From Candidatus Aquivivens invisus (lineage in GTDB: Bacteria; Omnitrophota; Gorgyraeia; Aquiviventales; Aquiviventaceae), in contig MHGA01000017.1 of assembly GCA_001804415.1 (NCBI GenBank), positions 18,390 to 82,389 on the forward strand: a DNA stretch of 64,000 nt. The letters run 5' to 3'. Every line of letters starts with the position of its first letter. The first letter of the stretch is position 1. The translations under genes were made by a program, and so were the position numbers. Of this stretch, positions 1 to 8,203 are shown one piece after another. Under the pieces are notes generated by a model. The model made no database searches and was not told the DNA's origin. It saw nothing but the letters and a program-made list of their open reading frames with translations.

Positions 1-1032
1 GTCGTACACATCCGTCTCACCGATCGGCTCGATCGAGACAATGGTGGAATACCGAACCGCTGGACACTGCTTGCCAGGGGTCTCTAAAGATTGTCGCAGT
101 TTCGCATTCTTCCGTTCAGAGATAAATCCGATAGAACGTTGGAACGCCTCCCGCTCGGATCGAATCGAGATGTCGAGTTCCCACATATCGTACCGATCCG
201 GCCGACGCTCTTTCTTTTGACGCAATCGAGCGTAAATACCGAATCGTGTCAACAGTCGTTGTAATTCCTCCGCCCAGCCTTTGGACGTCACCGCAAACGC
301 CACGTGCGCGCTTGGCACATGGACGGCGGCATAGCCGTCGGACTGGAATAGACTCTTGACGTAGGCAGCAGCTGCGTCATTGGGTGCCGTCCATAGAGGT
401 TGAGGAATCCGAAGGTCCTCCCCGCGTCGCAGCAATCCATACTGCTCAACAAATGGCCGAAGGGCCTCGCCATACAATCGAATCCGCCGACATCGAAGCG
501 TCTGATCCTGAGTCGCCACTTCACTGACATGGTGATGATGAACAGGAAAGACTTGCTGGATATGCTGCATCACCCAATCAAATTCCTGGTCATCAACCGT
601 TATGAACTCAATAGTCAATGATTGATTCGTACCATGATCGTACTGTCCAACGAACCCGTCAGCTTGCAACCAACCGGCCAGCGCAGCTTCTGCAACGACT
701 GTGGCTTCCGCTGGTGCCGTCACGGTCACCGGCGTGTGCGCATACACGCGCATCACCATGCCGGGCTTCAGCGCATCAACCCGACGCCATTCAAGACGCT
801 GAGTCCGTCGAACCTCGTGCGCACAGACGAGATGATCGCCGGTCGCTTCAATGGAGAATCCGTCGTTGAGGGTCACGCGGTAGACCGGCTTGCGTCCGTT
901 GTGCTTCACCGCGACGACCTGCGTCAGTCCCTCCGCGTCGTAGACCGGGAGTCCGATCAGATTGCGCTCGACAATCTCACCGATTGGCATAAGACCCTCG
1001 GCGGTATTAATGAGGGCGTGGTAGGGCTGGCA
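1..1032 (-). mobile_element. Intein with LAGLIDADG homing endonuclease inside NrdJ (C-terminal splice junction lies just outside the window)
   Basis: After PQCSA the frame continues CQPYHALINTAEGLMPIGEIV (block A), EATGDHLV (block B TxxH), LAGWLQADG and YVKSLFQSDG (two LAGLIDADG motifs), ending IVSIEPIGETDVYD (block F). Confidence 0.9.
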
Positions 1033-1524
1033 GGCCGAGCACTGAGGACGGGGCTCGATCCCGACATTGAACCAGACGGGCGAATTAAAGGCGGCGTATT
1101 GATGGACGAGCAGGTAGGTCAGTTCCGCCCGAAAGGTCTCGGCGTCCTCCGCCGTGGCGAAATAGCCGTCTGTGATGCCCCAGTCGGTGACGGTGTTGGC
1201 GACCCGGCCGATGAGCTGTTTGACGCTGCGCTCGCGCTGCGGGGTGCCGATGGCCCCTCGAAAATATTTGGAGACCACGACGTTGGTCGCCAGCTGCGAC
1301 CACGCGCTGGGCACTTCCACATCCCTTTGCTCAAACACCACCTCGCCTTTTTCATTGGCGATGGTGGCGGCTCTCAGCTCCCAGGCGATCTCATCAAAGG
1401 GGTGGATGCCTGGACGGGTCCATCGTCTGGGGATCGTCAGACCCCGCGCGCGAAGGGCAGGAGCCTCTGAACGCTCCACGGGGGCAACCGTCGCGCCAAT
1501 CCCAGACTTGATCTGCTCAGCCAT
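1..1524 (-). CDS. nrdJ: Class II (B12-dependent) ribonucleotide reductase, 5' part, intein-containing; runs off the window start
   Basis: Not in the ORF track because there is no stop in the window. Manual translation from ATG 1524 (GGGGGGAG SD): MAEQIKSG...FEQRDVEVPSAWSQLATNVVVSKYFRG...FNSPVWFNVGIEPRPQCSA, the typical NrdJ N-terminus. Confidence 0.92.
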   Translation of the reverse strand, partial: MAEQIKSGIGATVAPVERSEAPALRARGLTIPRRWTRPGIHPFDEIAWELRAATIANEKGEVVFEQRDVEVPSAWSQLATNVVVSKYFRGAIGTPQRERSVKQLIGRVANTVTDWGITDGYFATAEDAETFRAELTYLLVHQYAAFNSPVWFNVGIEPRPQCSACQPYHALINTAEGLMPIGEIVERNLIGLPVYDAEGLTQVVAVKHNGRKPVYRVTLNDGFSIEATGDHLVCAHEVRRTQRLEWRRVDALKPGMVMRVYAHTPVTVTAPAEATVVAEAALAGWLQADGFVGQYDHGTNQSLTIEFITVDDQEFDWVMQHIQQVFPVHHHHVSEVATQDQTLRCRRIRLYGEALRPFVEQYGLLRRGEDLRIPQPLWTAPNDAAAAYVKSLFQSDGYAAVHVPSAHVAFAVTSKGWAEELQRLLTRFGIYARLRQKKERRPDRYDMWELDISIRSEREAFQRSIGFISERKNAKLRQSLETPGKQCPAVRYSTIVSIEPIGETDVYD

Positions 1525-1549
1525 TCGGCTCCCCCCTGTAGTATACCCA

Positions 1550-1652
1550 ACCCTATATCTTGTTTCCTGCCTGACGCCAATCCACAAGCCATTGTGGTTA
1601 GGGGCCAGGCCTCTGTCAAGTAAATTTTAAGCGAAAACACAAGATCTTGAGT
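1550..1652 (-). promoter_or_regulatory. nrdJ sigma70 promoter with three NrdR boxes
   Basis: Boxes ACCCTATATCTTGTTT (1550-1565), CCACAAGCCATTGTGG (1582-1597) and ACACAAGATCTTGAGT (1637-1652) resemble the acaCwAtATaTwGtgt consensus. Minus-strand TTGACA (1619-1614), 17 bp, CACAAT (1596-1591) overlaps box 2. Confidence 0.75.
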
Positions 1653-1709
1653 CCCTCGACGGAAAATATGCCTAGGGGTTGGGGTAGAGACGCGGGTATC
1701 AGCGAGTGT

Positions 1710-2135
1710 TCAGAGGACGAACCGCTCGGAAGGTTCAAGCGTAGGCGGGAGAGCCGGCTTGTTCACCGTGATCTCCAACGGATCGCTCAGTAGAGATTGT
1801 CCTCGGCGCCTCGCCTCGAATGGGCCGAGGGTGAACTGGCCAGGCTCAAGCGCCGTCAGCGCATACACAAGGCTGATCGACCGCTTCACCTGGCCCGCCT
1901 CCATCGCCAGGTGCGTCGAGCGGCTCTGCGCGACGACGCGAAAAGCCTTGGGGAATTCCACGGGCTCCAGCTCGACCTGCTGGACATTGCCTTCCACGGT
2001 GATCGTCAACGCCAGCTGCTCTCCGACATCCACGGTCGTGCGATCAACCTGCACGGAGAGCTGCACGTCGGGAGGACCCGCCTGATCGGGGGCCGCCTCC
2101 GCGATCGCCGAACCGAGGAGCGTTGCGAGACTCAC
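1710..2135 (-). CDS. BatD-like secreted protein (single beta domain)
   Basis: Signal-like N-terminus; SVQVDRTTVDVGEQLALTITVEG...YALTALEPGQFTLGPF resembles BatD repeats. Start uncertain. Confidence 0.6.
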   Translation of the reverse strand: MSLATLLGSAIAEAAPDQAGPPDVQLSVQVDRTTVDVGEQLALTITVEGNVQQVELEPVEFPKAFRVVAQSRSTHLAMEAGQVKRSISLVYALTALEPGQFTLGPFEARRRGQSLLSDPLEITVNKPALPPTLEPSERFVL

Positions 2136-2176
2136 GAGGATCGCGCGGAAAATGGGAGGCCTCGAGTGAGGTGCTC

Positions 2177-3037
2177 TTACAGCCGCATCCGCCGCAACCG
2201 ACGCACGCGCTCCTCAACCGGCGGATGCGTGGAGAACAGGCGCGCGATCGCCCCGGCCGAGAGGGGATTGACAATGAACAGGTGCGCCGTGGCGGGATTG
2301 GCGTTCGGCAGCGGGTACTCGCGCGAGGCTGTGTGCAATTTCTCCAGGGCGTCCGCCAGCCCGTAGGGGCTGCCCGCCAAATGCGCGCCCGTGTCGTCGG
2401 CGCCGTACTCGCGCGTCCGCGAAATCGCCAATTGAATCAACATCGCGGCCAGCGGGGCGAGGATGGCAATCAGCACCAGCACGACGAGCTGCAACGCCCC
2501 GGCTCCTCGGTTCTCGCTGTTGCGGCTCCGGCCGCCGCCGAACCACAACGACCACTGCGCCATGCGCGCGAGGTACATGATGGCCCCGGCGATGGCCGCG
2601 GCCAACGTCATGACCAGCGTGTCGCGGTTCTTCACGTGCGAGAGCTCATGCGCCAGGACCCCCTTCAGCTCCTCCTCGCCCATGAGCTCCAGCAACCCGG
2701 AGGTCACGGCCACCGCCGCGTGGCTGGGGCTGCGCCCCGTGGCAAAGGCGTTGGGGGTCCGCGTGGAAATCCAGTACAGCTTCGGCATGCGCATCTGGCT
2801 TCGCGAGGCGATTTCCCGCACGACCCGGTAGACCTGCGGAGCCTCAGACTCGCCGAGCGGCTTGGCCCGGTACATGGCCAGGACGATCTTATCGCTGAAC
2901 CAGTAGGTGATGAAGTTGAGGACCAGGGCGAACGCCAATGCGATCGTCGCCCCCTGCGTTCCACCTATCAGGTGGCCGAGAAATACCAGCAGGACGGTCA
3001 GCAACGCCAACAAGAATCCGGTCTTCAGCACGTTCAT
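2177..3037 (-). CDS. htpX: Zinc metalloprotease HtpX (M48B)
   Basis: PNAFATGR, HELSH, SRTREYGAD, LFSTHPP motifs; GAGGAGG SD before ATG 3037. Confidence 0.95.
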   Translation of the reverse strand: MNVLKTGFLLALLTVLLVFLGHLIGGTQGATIALAFALVLNFITYWFSDKIVLAMYRAKPLGESEAPQVYRVVREIASRSQMRMPKLYWISTRTPNAFATGRSPSHAAVAVTSGLLELMGEEELKGVLAHELSHVKNRDTLVMTLAAAIAGAIMYLARMAQWSLWFGGGRSRNSENRGAGALQLVVLVLIAILAPLAAMLIQLAISRTREYGADDTGAHLAGSPYGLADALEKLHTASREYPLPNANPATAHLFIVNPLSAGAIARLFSTHPPVEERVRRLRRMRL

Positions 3038-3068
3038 GGTGACTTCCTCCTCTATTCTTGTGCTTGGT

Positions 3069-3097
3069 ATTATCCCCCCTCGAAGGAGGGCTGTCAA
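3069..3097 (-). promoter_or_regulatory. sigma70 promoter of htpX
   Basis: Minus-strand TTGACA (3097-3092), 17 bp, GATAAT (3074-3069). Confidence 0.7.
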
Positions 3098-3119
3098 AGC
3101 AATCCGGCGAGGTGGGCGA

Positions 3120-3878
3120 TCAGCAATGCAGGGCCTGTAGGTCGCGCGCGAGGGTGAGGCGGCCGGCGTACGAGCGGCGGATGCGGCGGCGGGCGGTGGC
3201 GAGATGGACGATCGGATAGAAGTGCGTCAGGACCAGGCGGCGGGCCTGCGCCTCGGCGGCGATCCGCCCGCAGGCCGTCGGCGTCAGGTGGCCGGCGACT
3301 TTGCGCTCATCGGGCATGGAGCATTCGAGGATCAACACATCCGCCCGGCGACCCAACTGAACGATGTCGTCGCAGACGTCGGTGTCGCCTGAATAGGCGA
3401 TCGCGCGCCCGGCGGATTCGAGGCGATAGCCCAGCGCGCGTCCCTCCGCATGGTTCATCCGCTTCGTCCGCACCGTGCCGCCAGGAAGTGCGAGCGTCGT
3501 TTCGCCGAGTTCCTTGAGGGTCAGGCGGTACGTCTGTGGCTCGATCCAGCGATGGAAGGCGGTGTTGAGCTGCCGGTACAGTTGCTTCAGCCCGCGAGGA
3601 CCATAGACCGTAAATGGTCGCGTGCGGGCAGGGTACGGGATGCGCATCGCAAAGAGGATCGAGACGAGATCGAGACAGTGGTCCGGATGGAAATGCGTGA
3701 GGAAGAGGCGGTCGAGGTCGAGGTAGCTGACCCCGATGCGCATGAGCTGTTTGAGCGTGCCGGGGCCCGCGTCGAGCACCAGGTGTTCCCTGCCCGCCTT
3801 CACGTAGACGCCAGCGTACCCGCGCGGCGTGCGCGGATCCGGAATCCCCGTGCCGGTGCCGAGGAGCACGATCTTCAT
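3120..3878 (-). CDS. Metallo-beta-lactamase-fold hydrolase, RNase Z/BN-like
   Basis: MKIVLLGTGTG, THFHPDH, YSGDT, GHLTP, LVLTHFYP motifs. Confidence 0.85.
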   Translation of the reverse strand: MKIVLLGTGTGIPDPRTPRGYAGVYVKAGREHLVLDAGPGTLKQLMRIGVSYLDLDRLFLTHFHPDHCLDLVSILFAMRIPYPARTRPFTVYGPRGLKQLYRQLNTAFHRWIEPQTYRLTLKELGETTLALPGGTVRTKRMNHAEGRALGYRLESAGRAIAYSGDTDVCDDIVQLGRRADVLILECSMPDERKVAGHLTPTACGRIAAEAQARRLVLTHFYPIVHLATARRRIRRSYAGRLTLARDLQALHC

Positions 3879-3879
3879 G

Positions 3880-3946
3880 GGACACAAGACTCAAGACACA
3901 AGACCCAAGACTATGACTTGAGTCTTGAGTCTCGGGTCTTGAGTCC
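3880..3946. repeat. Heptamer inverted-arm element (GACHCAA)n...(TTGAGTC)n
   Basis: gacacaa gactcaa gacacaa gacccaa gac ... gtc ttgagtc tcgggtc ttgagtc. Confidence 0.85.
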
Positions 3947-3967
3947 AACAACTGGGTCTTCCGATGG

Positions 3968-4789
3968 TCATTCGGCGACGGCCGTCGGCACGAAGTCCGC
4001 GGGAATCGTGTACCGGTTCCACGTGGGCTTGATGTCGAGGATGCGGTCAATCCGGAACTGGCGGACGTCCTGGCGGAGGTGGCAGTACCCCTCGAAATAC
4101 GGTTCGTTCACGGCGTACACATCGACCCGACGGACGCGTTGCGCCGATTCGCCGGCCTGCACGCTGGCGGAAAGGTACTCGATCTCCACTTGGAGCCGTT
4201 TCTGGAAGGCCTCCGCCAACACCTTGGCGATCATTGCGAGGTCGCGTTTTCGCTCAGGCCAGAAGACCGGAATGTTCAATTTCTCCGCTCCGTAGCGGCT
4301 GGTGGCGAAGAGCGTGCCGTGCTGTTTGCCATAATCAAACAATTCTTTGGTGAGGCGCACGTCGTCGAGACAGTATTGCTTGATGAGGTCGAACTTCCCT
4401 TCTTTAAACCAGGCCAGCGCCTGGAGCCCGCTGCCGCTCTTGCCCTTTCCCAGGGTGGCCTGACACAAACTCTCCAGGCTCACGCGATGACCCAGTTGCT
4501 TGACGGCATCGTCAATGATGTCCAAGACCGGAATCGTCGAAATAGGAAAGGGCAGATAGGGCGAGAGGACCGGCAGGTCGAAGCGTTTGATGTTGAAGCC
4601 GATCACCAGCTCCGCCTCCTGCAGGAGGGGGACGAGCTGACGCAGCTCGGCTTCCAGATACGTCTCGTAGTGATCCGCACCGTAGCGGTAGATCCCGACG
4701 ACCGAGACGCCGAGGAGCTCATGCCGACGCCCCTCGACTTCGCTGAACTCCCGCTGCGTTTCCAGATCGAGCACAATCCGTTCACCCAT
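3968..4789 (-). CDS. DnaQ/RNase H-like (YprB-type) 3'-5' exonuclease fused to a C-terminal WYL domain
   Basis: VLDLET, IGFNIKRFD, YCLDDV exonuclease motifs; C-terminus QVEIEY...RRVDVYAV...YFEGYCHLRQDVRQFRIDRI is WYL-like. Confidence 0.8.
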   Translation of the reverse strand: MGERIVLDLETQREFSEVEGRRHELLGVSVVGIYRYGADHYETYLEAELRQLVPLLQEAELVIGFNIKRFDLPVLSPYLPFPISTIPVLDIIDDAVKQLGHRVSLESLCQATLGKGKSGSGLQALAWFKEGKFDLIKQYCLDDVRLTKELFDYGKQHGTLFATSRYGAEKLNIPVFWPERKRDLAMIAKVLAEAFQKRLQVEIEYLSASVQAGESAQRVRRVDVYAVNEPYFEGYCHLRQDVRQFRIDRILDIKPTWNRYTIPADFVPTAVAE

Positions 4790-4812
4790 GGACGGAGGTC
4801 ATCCTGCGCGTG

Positions 4813-4906
4813 GTGACAAGCGACAAGGGACAAGCGACAAGTTCGATGTCACCGCTCACTCATCCGTGTTGACTTGTCGCCTGTCGCTTGTAACTTGTCC
4901 CTGTCA
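4813..4906. repeat. Heptamer inverted-arm element (GNGACAA)4...(TTGTCNC)n
   Basis: gtgacaa gcgacaa gggacaa gcgacaa ... cttgtcgc ctgtcgc ttgtaac ttgtccc tgtca; the right arm reaches the ATP-grasp stop codon. Confidence 0.9.
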
Positions 4907-6298
4907 TGTGAGCATGAGGGCGCTGAGGAGGCCGCCGCCGCGGGAGACATTGACGACGGGGTCTTCCGAGAAGCGGCCGATCAGGCCGACCCCGGTCGAA
5001 TTGACAAAGAAGCCGGAGACCACGCGCCGCTGGACATCACAGACGCTCCCGCCATTGAGCCGGGGGAACCGTTCCGTCGCGATGCGGGCGCGCTCCTGCA
5101 CGACGTACCGGCTGCGCCCCCCGAGGGCTTTGTTGAGCGTGCGCTCCCACACGGATTGCAAGACGCAATCGCCCACGACCACCCCCTGCCCGCCGTAGAG
5201 GGTGTTGGGCTTGAGGACCAGACGATTCTTGTGCCGGCGGATATAGGACGCCAGCGCCACGCGCGCGCCTGACGGGTCGGATGCCTGGGTCTGGCGCACC
5301 AGCCTGGTCCACGGCAGATGGCGGCGGAAGAACCACCGCTGCTGCGTGGTAAAGTACCGGGCGTGGGTGGGATCGGTGAAGATCTCCCAGCAGGACTTCT
5401 GGTCGAATTCCCACAGCAGGCCGGAGATCAACCGGCCCTCCCGAATCGCCTGCCGCAGGGCCGCAAGCCGCCTCCCGTGGCGCTCCATGTCGAGAAATTC
5501 GTTGAGCTCGCAGTCACGATAGAGGAGATCCACCGGTTGGCCGTTCGCCACCAGGCCGCGCCGGCCCACGCGCAGCGCCCGGGGGTCGGCGACGACGGCC
5601 TTCAGGCCCCGCCCGGCGAAATACCTCGCCAGGCTTTCGAACTCGTCGGTGCCGGTCGTGAAATCGGTGTTCTCGATCAACGCGACACCTCGCAGCCGGC
5701 GTCCCAACCGGCGGGAGACGCTGACCAGTTCGTCGAGCAACAGGTCGCGCGGGTCAGGCATCGGCACCACCCGACGGCCGGGAAACGCCCGCTCGAAGGC
5801 ATCGCCCAGCACATCCAATACGATTGAGGCGGCCGCGGGGGCATAATGGATGCCGCCGACCCCGACGGTATTCGGCTCGAGCATCTGAAAGGTCTCGCGC
5901 CACCTCGCGTGGGAAAACGTCGCGTTGGAATCAAGCCGCCCGAGCAGCGCCAGAGGCCGGCTGTGGCGCTGGCCGGCCAGGAGAATCCATGAGGCCTGCG
6001 CCGCCGTCAAGGGCAGGATGCGCCGAATGGCGGGATCGCGGGCGTACAGGGCCGGCAGGCGGGCCAGCGCCTCGACCATCAGGCGCGCGGCGCCATGAAA
6101 GAACTTGACCTGGGCCGGGCTGAGGATCCAGGGCACGAGGGCGAGCTCAATCGTCTGCGGCTTGTTGTGGCCCGCGAGAAACCGAAGCCCCCGCACCGCA
6201 CTCAGTGCCTGAACGGCGTGCAAACGCCTCAGCAGCTCCTGCCGGCCAAGCCGCTTGACCGCTCGATGCAACGGCTCACACGAGAGATAATCAAGCAT
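4904..6298 (-). CDS. Circularly permuted ATP-grasp / glutathionylspermidine-synthase-like amide ligase
   Basis: GRLDS...FQMLEPNT, DLLYRD, LVLKPNTLYGGQGVVVG, YVVQER, VVNVSRGGG. True start is probably ATG 6298; the upstream extension is MITE-derived. Confidence 0.7.
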   Translation of the reverse strand: MLDYLSCEPLHRAVKRLGRQELLRRLHAVQALSAVRGLRFLAGHNKPQTIELALVPWILSPAQVKFFHGAARLMVEALARLPALYARDPAIRRILPLTAAQASWILLAGQRHSRPLALLGRLDSNATFSHARWRETFQMLEPNTVGVGGIHYAPAAASIVLDVLGDAFERAFPGRRVVPMPDPRDLLLDELVSVSRRLGRRLRGVALIENTDFTTGTDEFESLARYFAGRGLKAVVADPRALRVGRRGLVANGQPVDLLYRDCELNEFLDMERHGRRLAALRQAIREGRLISGLLWEFDQKSCWEIFTDPTHARYFTTQQRWFFRRHLPWTRLVRQTQASDPSGARVALASYIRRHKNRLVLKPNTLYGGQGVVVGDCVLQSVWERTLNKALGGRSRYVVQERARIATERFPRLNGGSVCDVQRRVVSGFFVNSTGVGLIGRFSEDPVVNVSRGGGLLSALMLT

Positions 6299-6301
6299 GT
6301 G

Positions 6302-6585
6302 AGTGGTGCTCAGGCTTGACAGATGATGACGCTGGAGAGATGGTTTCGCCTGGCATACCGCCAGCGGCGAGGGCTGACGTGCGGCCGGCGTCGCGGAGGC
6401 CGAGCGGGCATGGTGCCCCACATGCTTCGTTTTGCGAAGCAAAACGTGTGGGGCGAGCGAGGCCGGAGCGCCGAGTGAGCGGAGCCACGCTGGGGCGAAG
6501 CGAACGTCCGGCCGAACGTGCAGCCCGAGCACAGCTGGCGGTCCGGACGAACACGCGGTAAGCCCTGTCAACCTTGACGATGACC
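6302..6585. mobile_element. Degenerate MITE related to the IS1-family TIRs, folding as a long hairpin
   Basis: Ends AGTGGTGCTCAGGCTTGAC and (reverse complement) GGTCATCGTCAAGGTTGAC each match GGTGGTGGTCAAGTTTGAC at about 15/19. Flanks agcatgtg / gtcatgtg look like a decayed 8-bp TSD. Internal arms pair (accgccagc/gctggcggt, gggctg/cagccc, cggccgg/ccggccg). Confidence 0.65.
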
Positions 6586-6634
6586 GTCATGTGGGGATGC
6601 TATTGTAGCGGATGGCGGTTTCATTTAGTATACC

Positions 6635-8104
6635 ATGACCATGAGCAACGAACGCGTCCCCACCGCCCTCGTCCGGCAGCTCGTCAAGGACCTCAAGCGC
6701 CGCGGCGTCGATTACGCGGACGTGCGCTTCGAGCGCATCCTGCACGAGAGCCTCATCGTAGAGAACGGCCAGGTCAAGCCGATCAGCCTCTTCGAAACCG
6801 CGGGGGTGGGCATCCGCGTGCTCATCCGGGGCTCCTGGGGCTTCGCCTCCACCCCGCATCTGACACCCTCGTTCCTGCGCCGGGCCGCCACGCAGGCGAT
6901 CGACATCGCCAAGAGCTCTTCCTCTATTAATAGGAAGGTGGTCCGGCTCGCTCCGGTTGAGCCGGTCAAAGCGACGTGGCGCTCCTCGTGGCAGATCGAC
7001 CCCTTTGAGGTCCCCTTAAGCAAAAAGCTCGACTACCTCCTGTGGGCGGAGGCGACGGTCCGCGGCCCGAAACCGATCAAGCGGGTCACCGCCCACATGG
7101 ATTTCACCAAATCGACCAAGTGCTTCGCCTCCACCGAAGGGGCGGCGATCGAGCAGCGCGCCATCGAAAGCGGGGCCGGCCTGGAGGTGGTCGCCCAACA
7201 AGGCGAGGAGGTGCAGGTGCGCAGCTACCCCAACTCCCATCACGGGGCGCTGGCGCAAGCCGGCTTTGAGTACGTGAAACAGTTGGACCTCGTCGGAGGC
7301 GCCAAAACCATCCAACGCGAGGTGCTCCAGCTGCTGCGCACTACCCCTCCAAGGGCCGGCCAGACCACGCTGATCCTCGACCCCACGCAGATGGTCATGC
7401 AGCTGCATGAATCGTGCGGGCACCCGACCGAATTGGACCGTGCGCTGGGCCAGGAGCTCAGCTACGCCGGCGGCAGTTTCCTGACGCCGGAGCGCCTGGG
7501 GACGCTGCGCTACGGTTCCCCGCTCATCACGATCGTGGCGGATGCCACGGCGCCGGGCGGGGCCGGCACGTTCGGCTATGATGACGAAGGGGTGCCCGCC
7601 CAACGGACCGAGCTGGTGCGCGAAGGCGTGTTCGTCGGGTATCTCAGCTCGCGCGAATCGGCCGCCCGCTTGGGGTTGCGCCACAGCTCCGGCGCGATGC
7701 GCGCGGACGGGTGGGACGTGCCGCCGCTTGTGCGCATGACGAACGTGAACCTCGAGCCGGGCGAGGCGACCCTCGAGGACTTGCTGCACGATGTGAAACG
7801 CGGCTACCTGCTCTCGACGAATAAGAGCTGGTCGATCGACGATCAGCGGCTCAACTTCCAGTTCACCACGGAAATCGGATGGGAGATCGTCAACGGCAAG
7901 CTCGGGGCGGTGGTGAACAATCCGCTCTACACCGGCATCACCCCTCAGTTCTGGCAGCGCTGCACCGGCTTGTCGGATCGCAACACCTGGCGGCTGTGGG
8001 GGGTGCCGAATTGCGCCAAGGGCGAGCCGGTGCAATTGATGCACGTGGGGCATGGCGCGCCCTATGCCCGCTTTGATGGCGTGACGGTCGCTCCCGCCCG
8101 CTAA
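6635..8104 (+). CDS. tldD: TldD-family metalloprotease
   Basis: YADVRFER, GVGIRVL..GSWGFAST, HESCGHPTELDR, GTFGYDDEGVP, RMTNVNLEPG. Confidence 0.9.
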   Translation: MTMSNERVPTALVRQLVKDLKRRGVDYADVRFERILHESLIVENGQVKPISLFETAGVGIRVLIRGSWGFASTPHLTPSFLRRAATQAIDIAKSSSSINRKVVRLAPVEPVKATWRSSWQIDPFEVPLSKKLDYLLWAEATVRGPKPIKRVTAHMDFTKSTKCFASTEGAAIEQRAIESGAGLEVVAQQGEEVQVRSYPNSHHGALAQAGFEYVKQLDLVGGAKTIQREVLQLLRTTPPRAGQTTLILDPTQMVMQLHESCGHPTELDRALGQELSYAGGSFLTPERLGTLRYGSPLITIVADATAPGGAGTFGYDDEGVPAQRTELVREGVFVGYLSSRESAARLGLRHSSGAMRADGWDVPPLVRMTNVNLEPGEATLEDLLHDVKRGYLLSTNKSWSIDDQRLNFQFTTEIGWEIVNGKLGAVVNNPLYTGITPQFWQRCTGLSDRNTWRLWGVPNCAKGEPVQLMHVGHGAPYARFDGVTVAPAR

Positions 8105-8111
8105 CGACCAT

Positions 8112-8198
8112 GGGACAAGCGACAAGAGACAAGCGACACGTCATAAGTGACCCATGTATGGCCTTGATACTTGTCGCTTGTCGCTTGTAACTTGTCAC
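8112..8198. repeat. Heptamer inverted-arm element between tldD and tldE
   Basis: gggacaa gcgacaa gagacaa gcgacac ... cttgtcg cttgtcg cttgtaa cttgtca. Confidence 0.9.
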
Positions 8199-8203
8199 TC
8201 GAA

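Noticed and set aside
622-1470. 282-aa plus-strand ORF
   Set aside because: Antisense shadow of nrdJ and its intein; no recognisable motifs.
1525-1709. Possible cobalamin riboswitch upstream of nrdJ
   Set aside because: The predicted leader is only about 60 nt, no B12 box is visible, and NrdR boxes explain the region.
6299-6571. 91-aa N-terminal extension of the ATP-grasp ORF
   Set aside because: Low-complexity translation of the MITE; ATG 6298 is more plausible.
6302-6585. 6S RNA or riboswitch interpretation of the long hairpin
   Set aside because: TIR similarity to the 50652 MITE and a decayed TSD fit a mobile element better; not fully excluded without an Rfam search.
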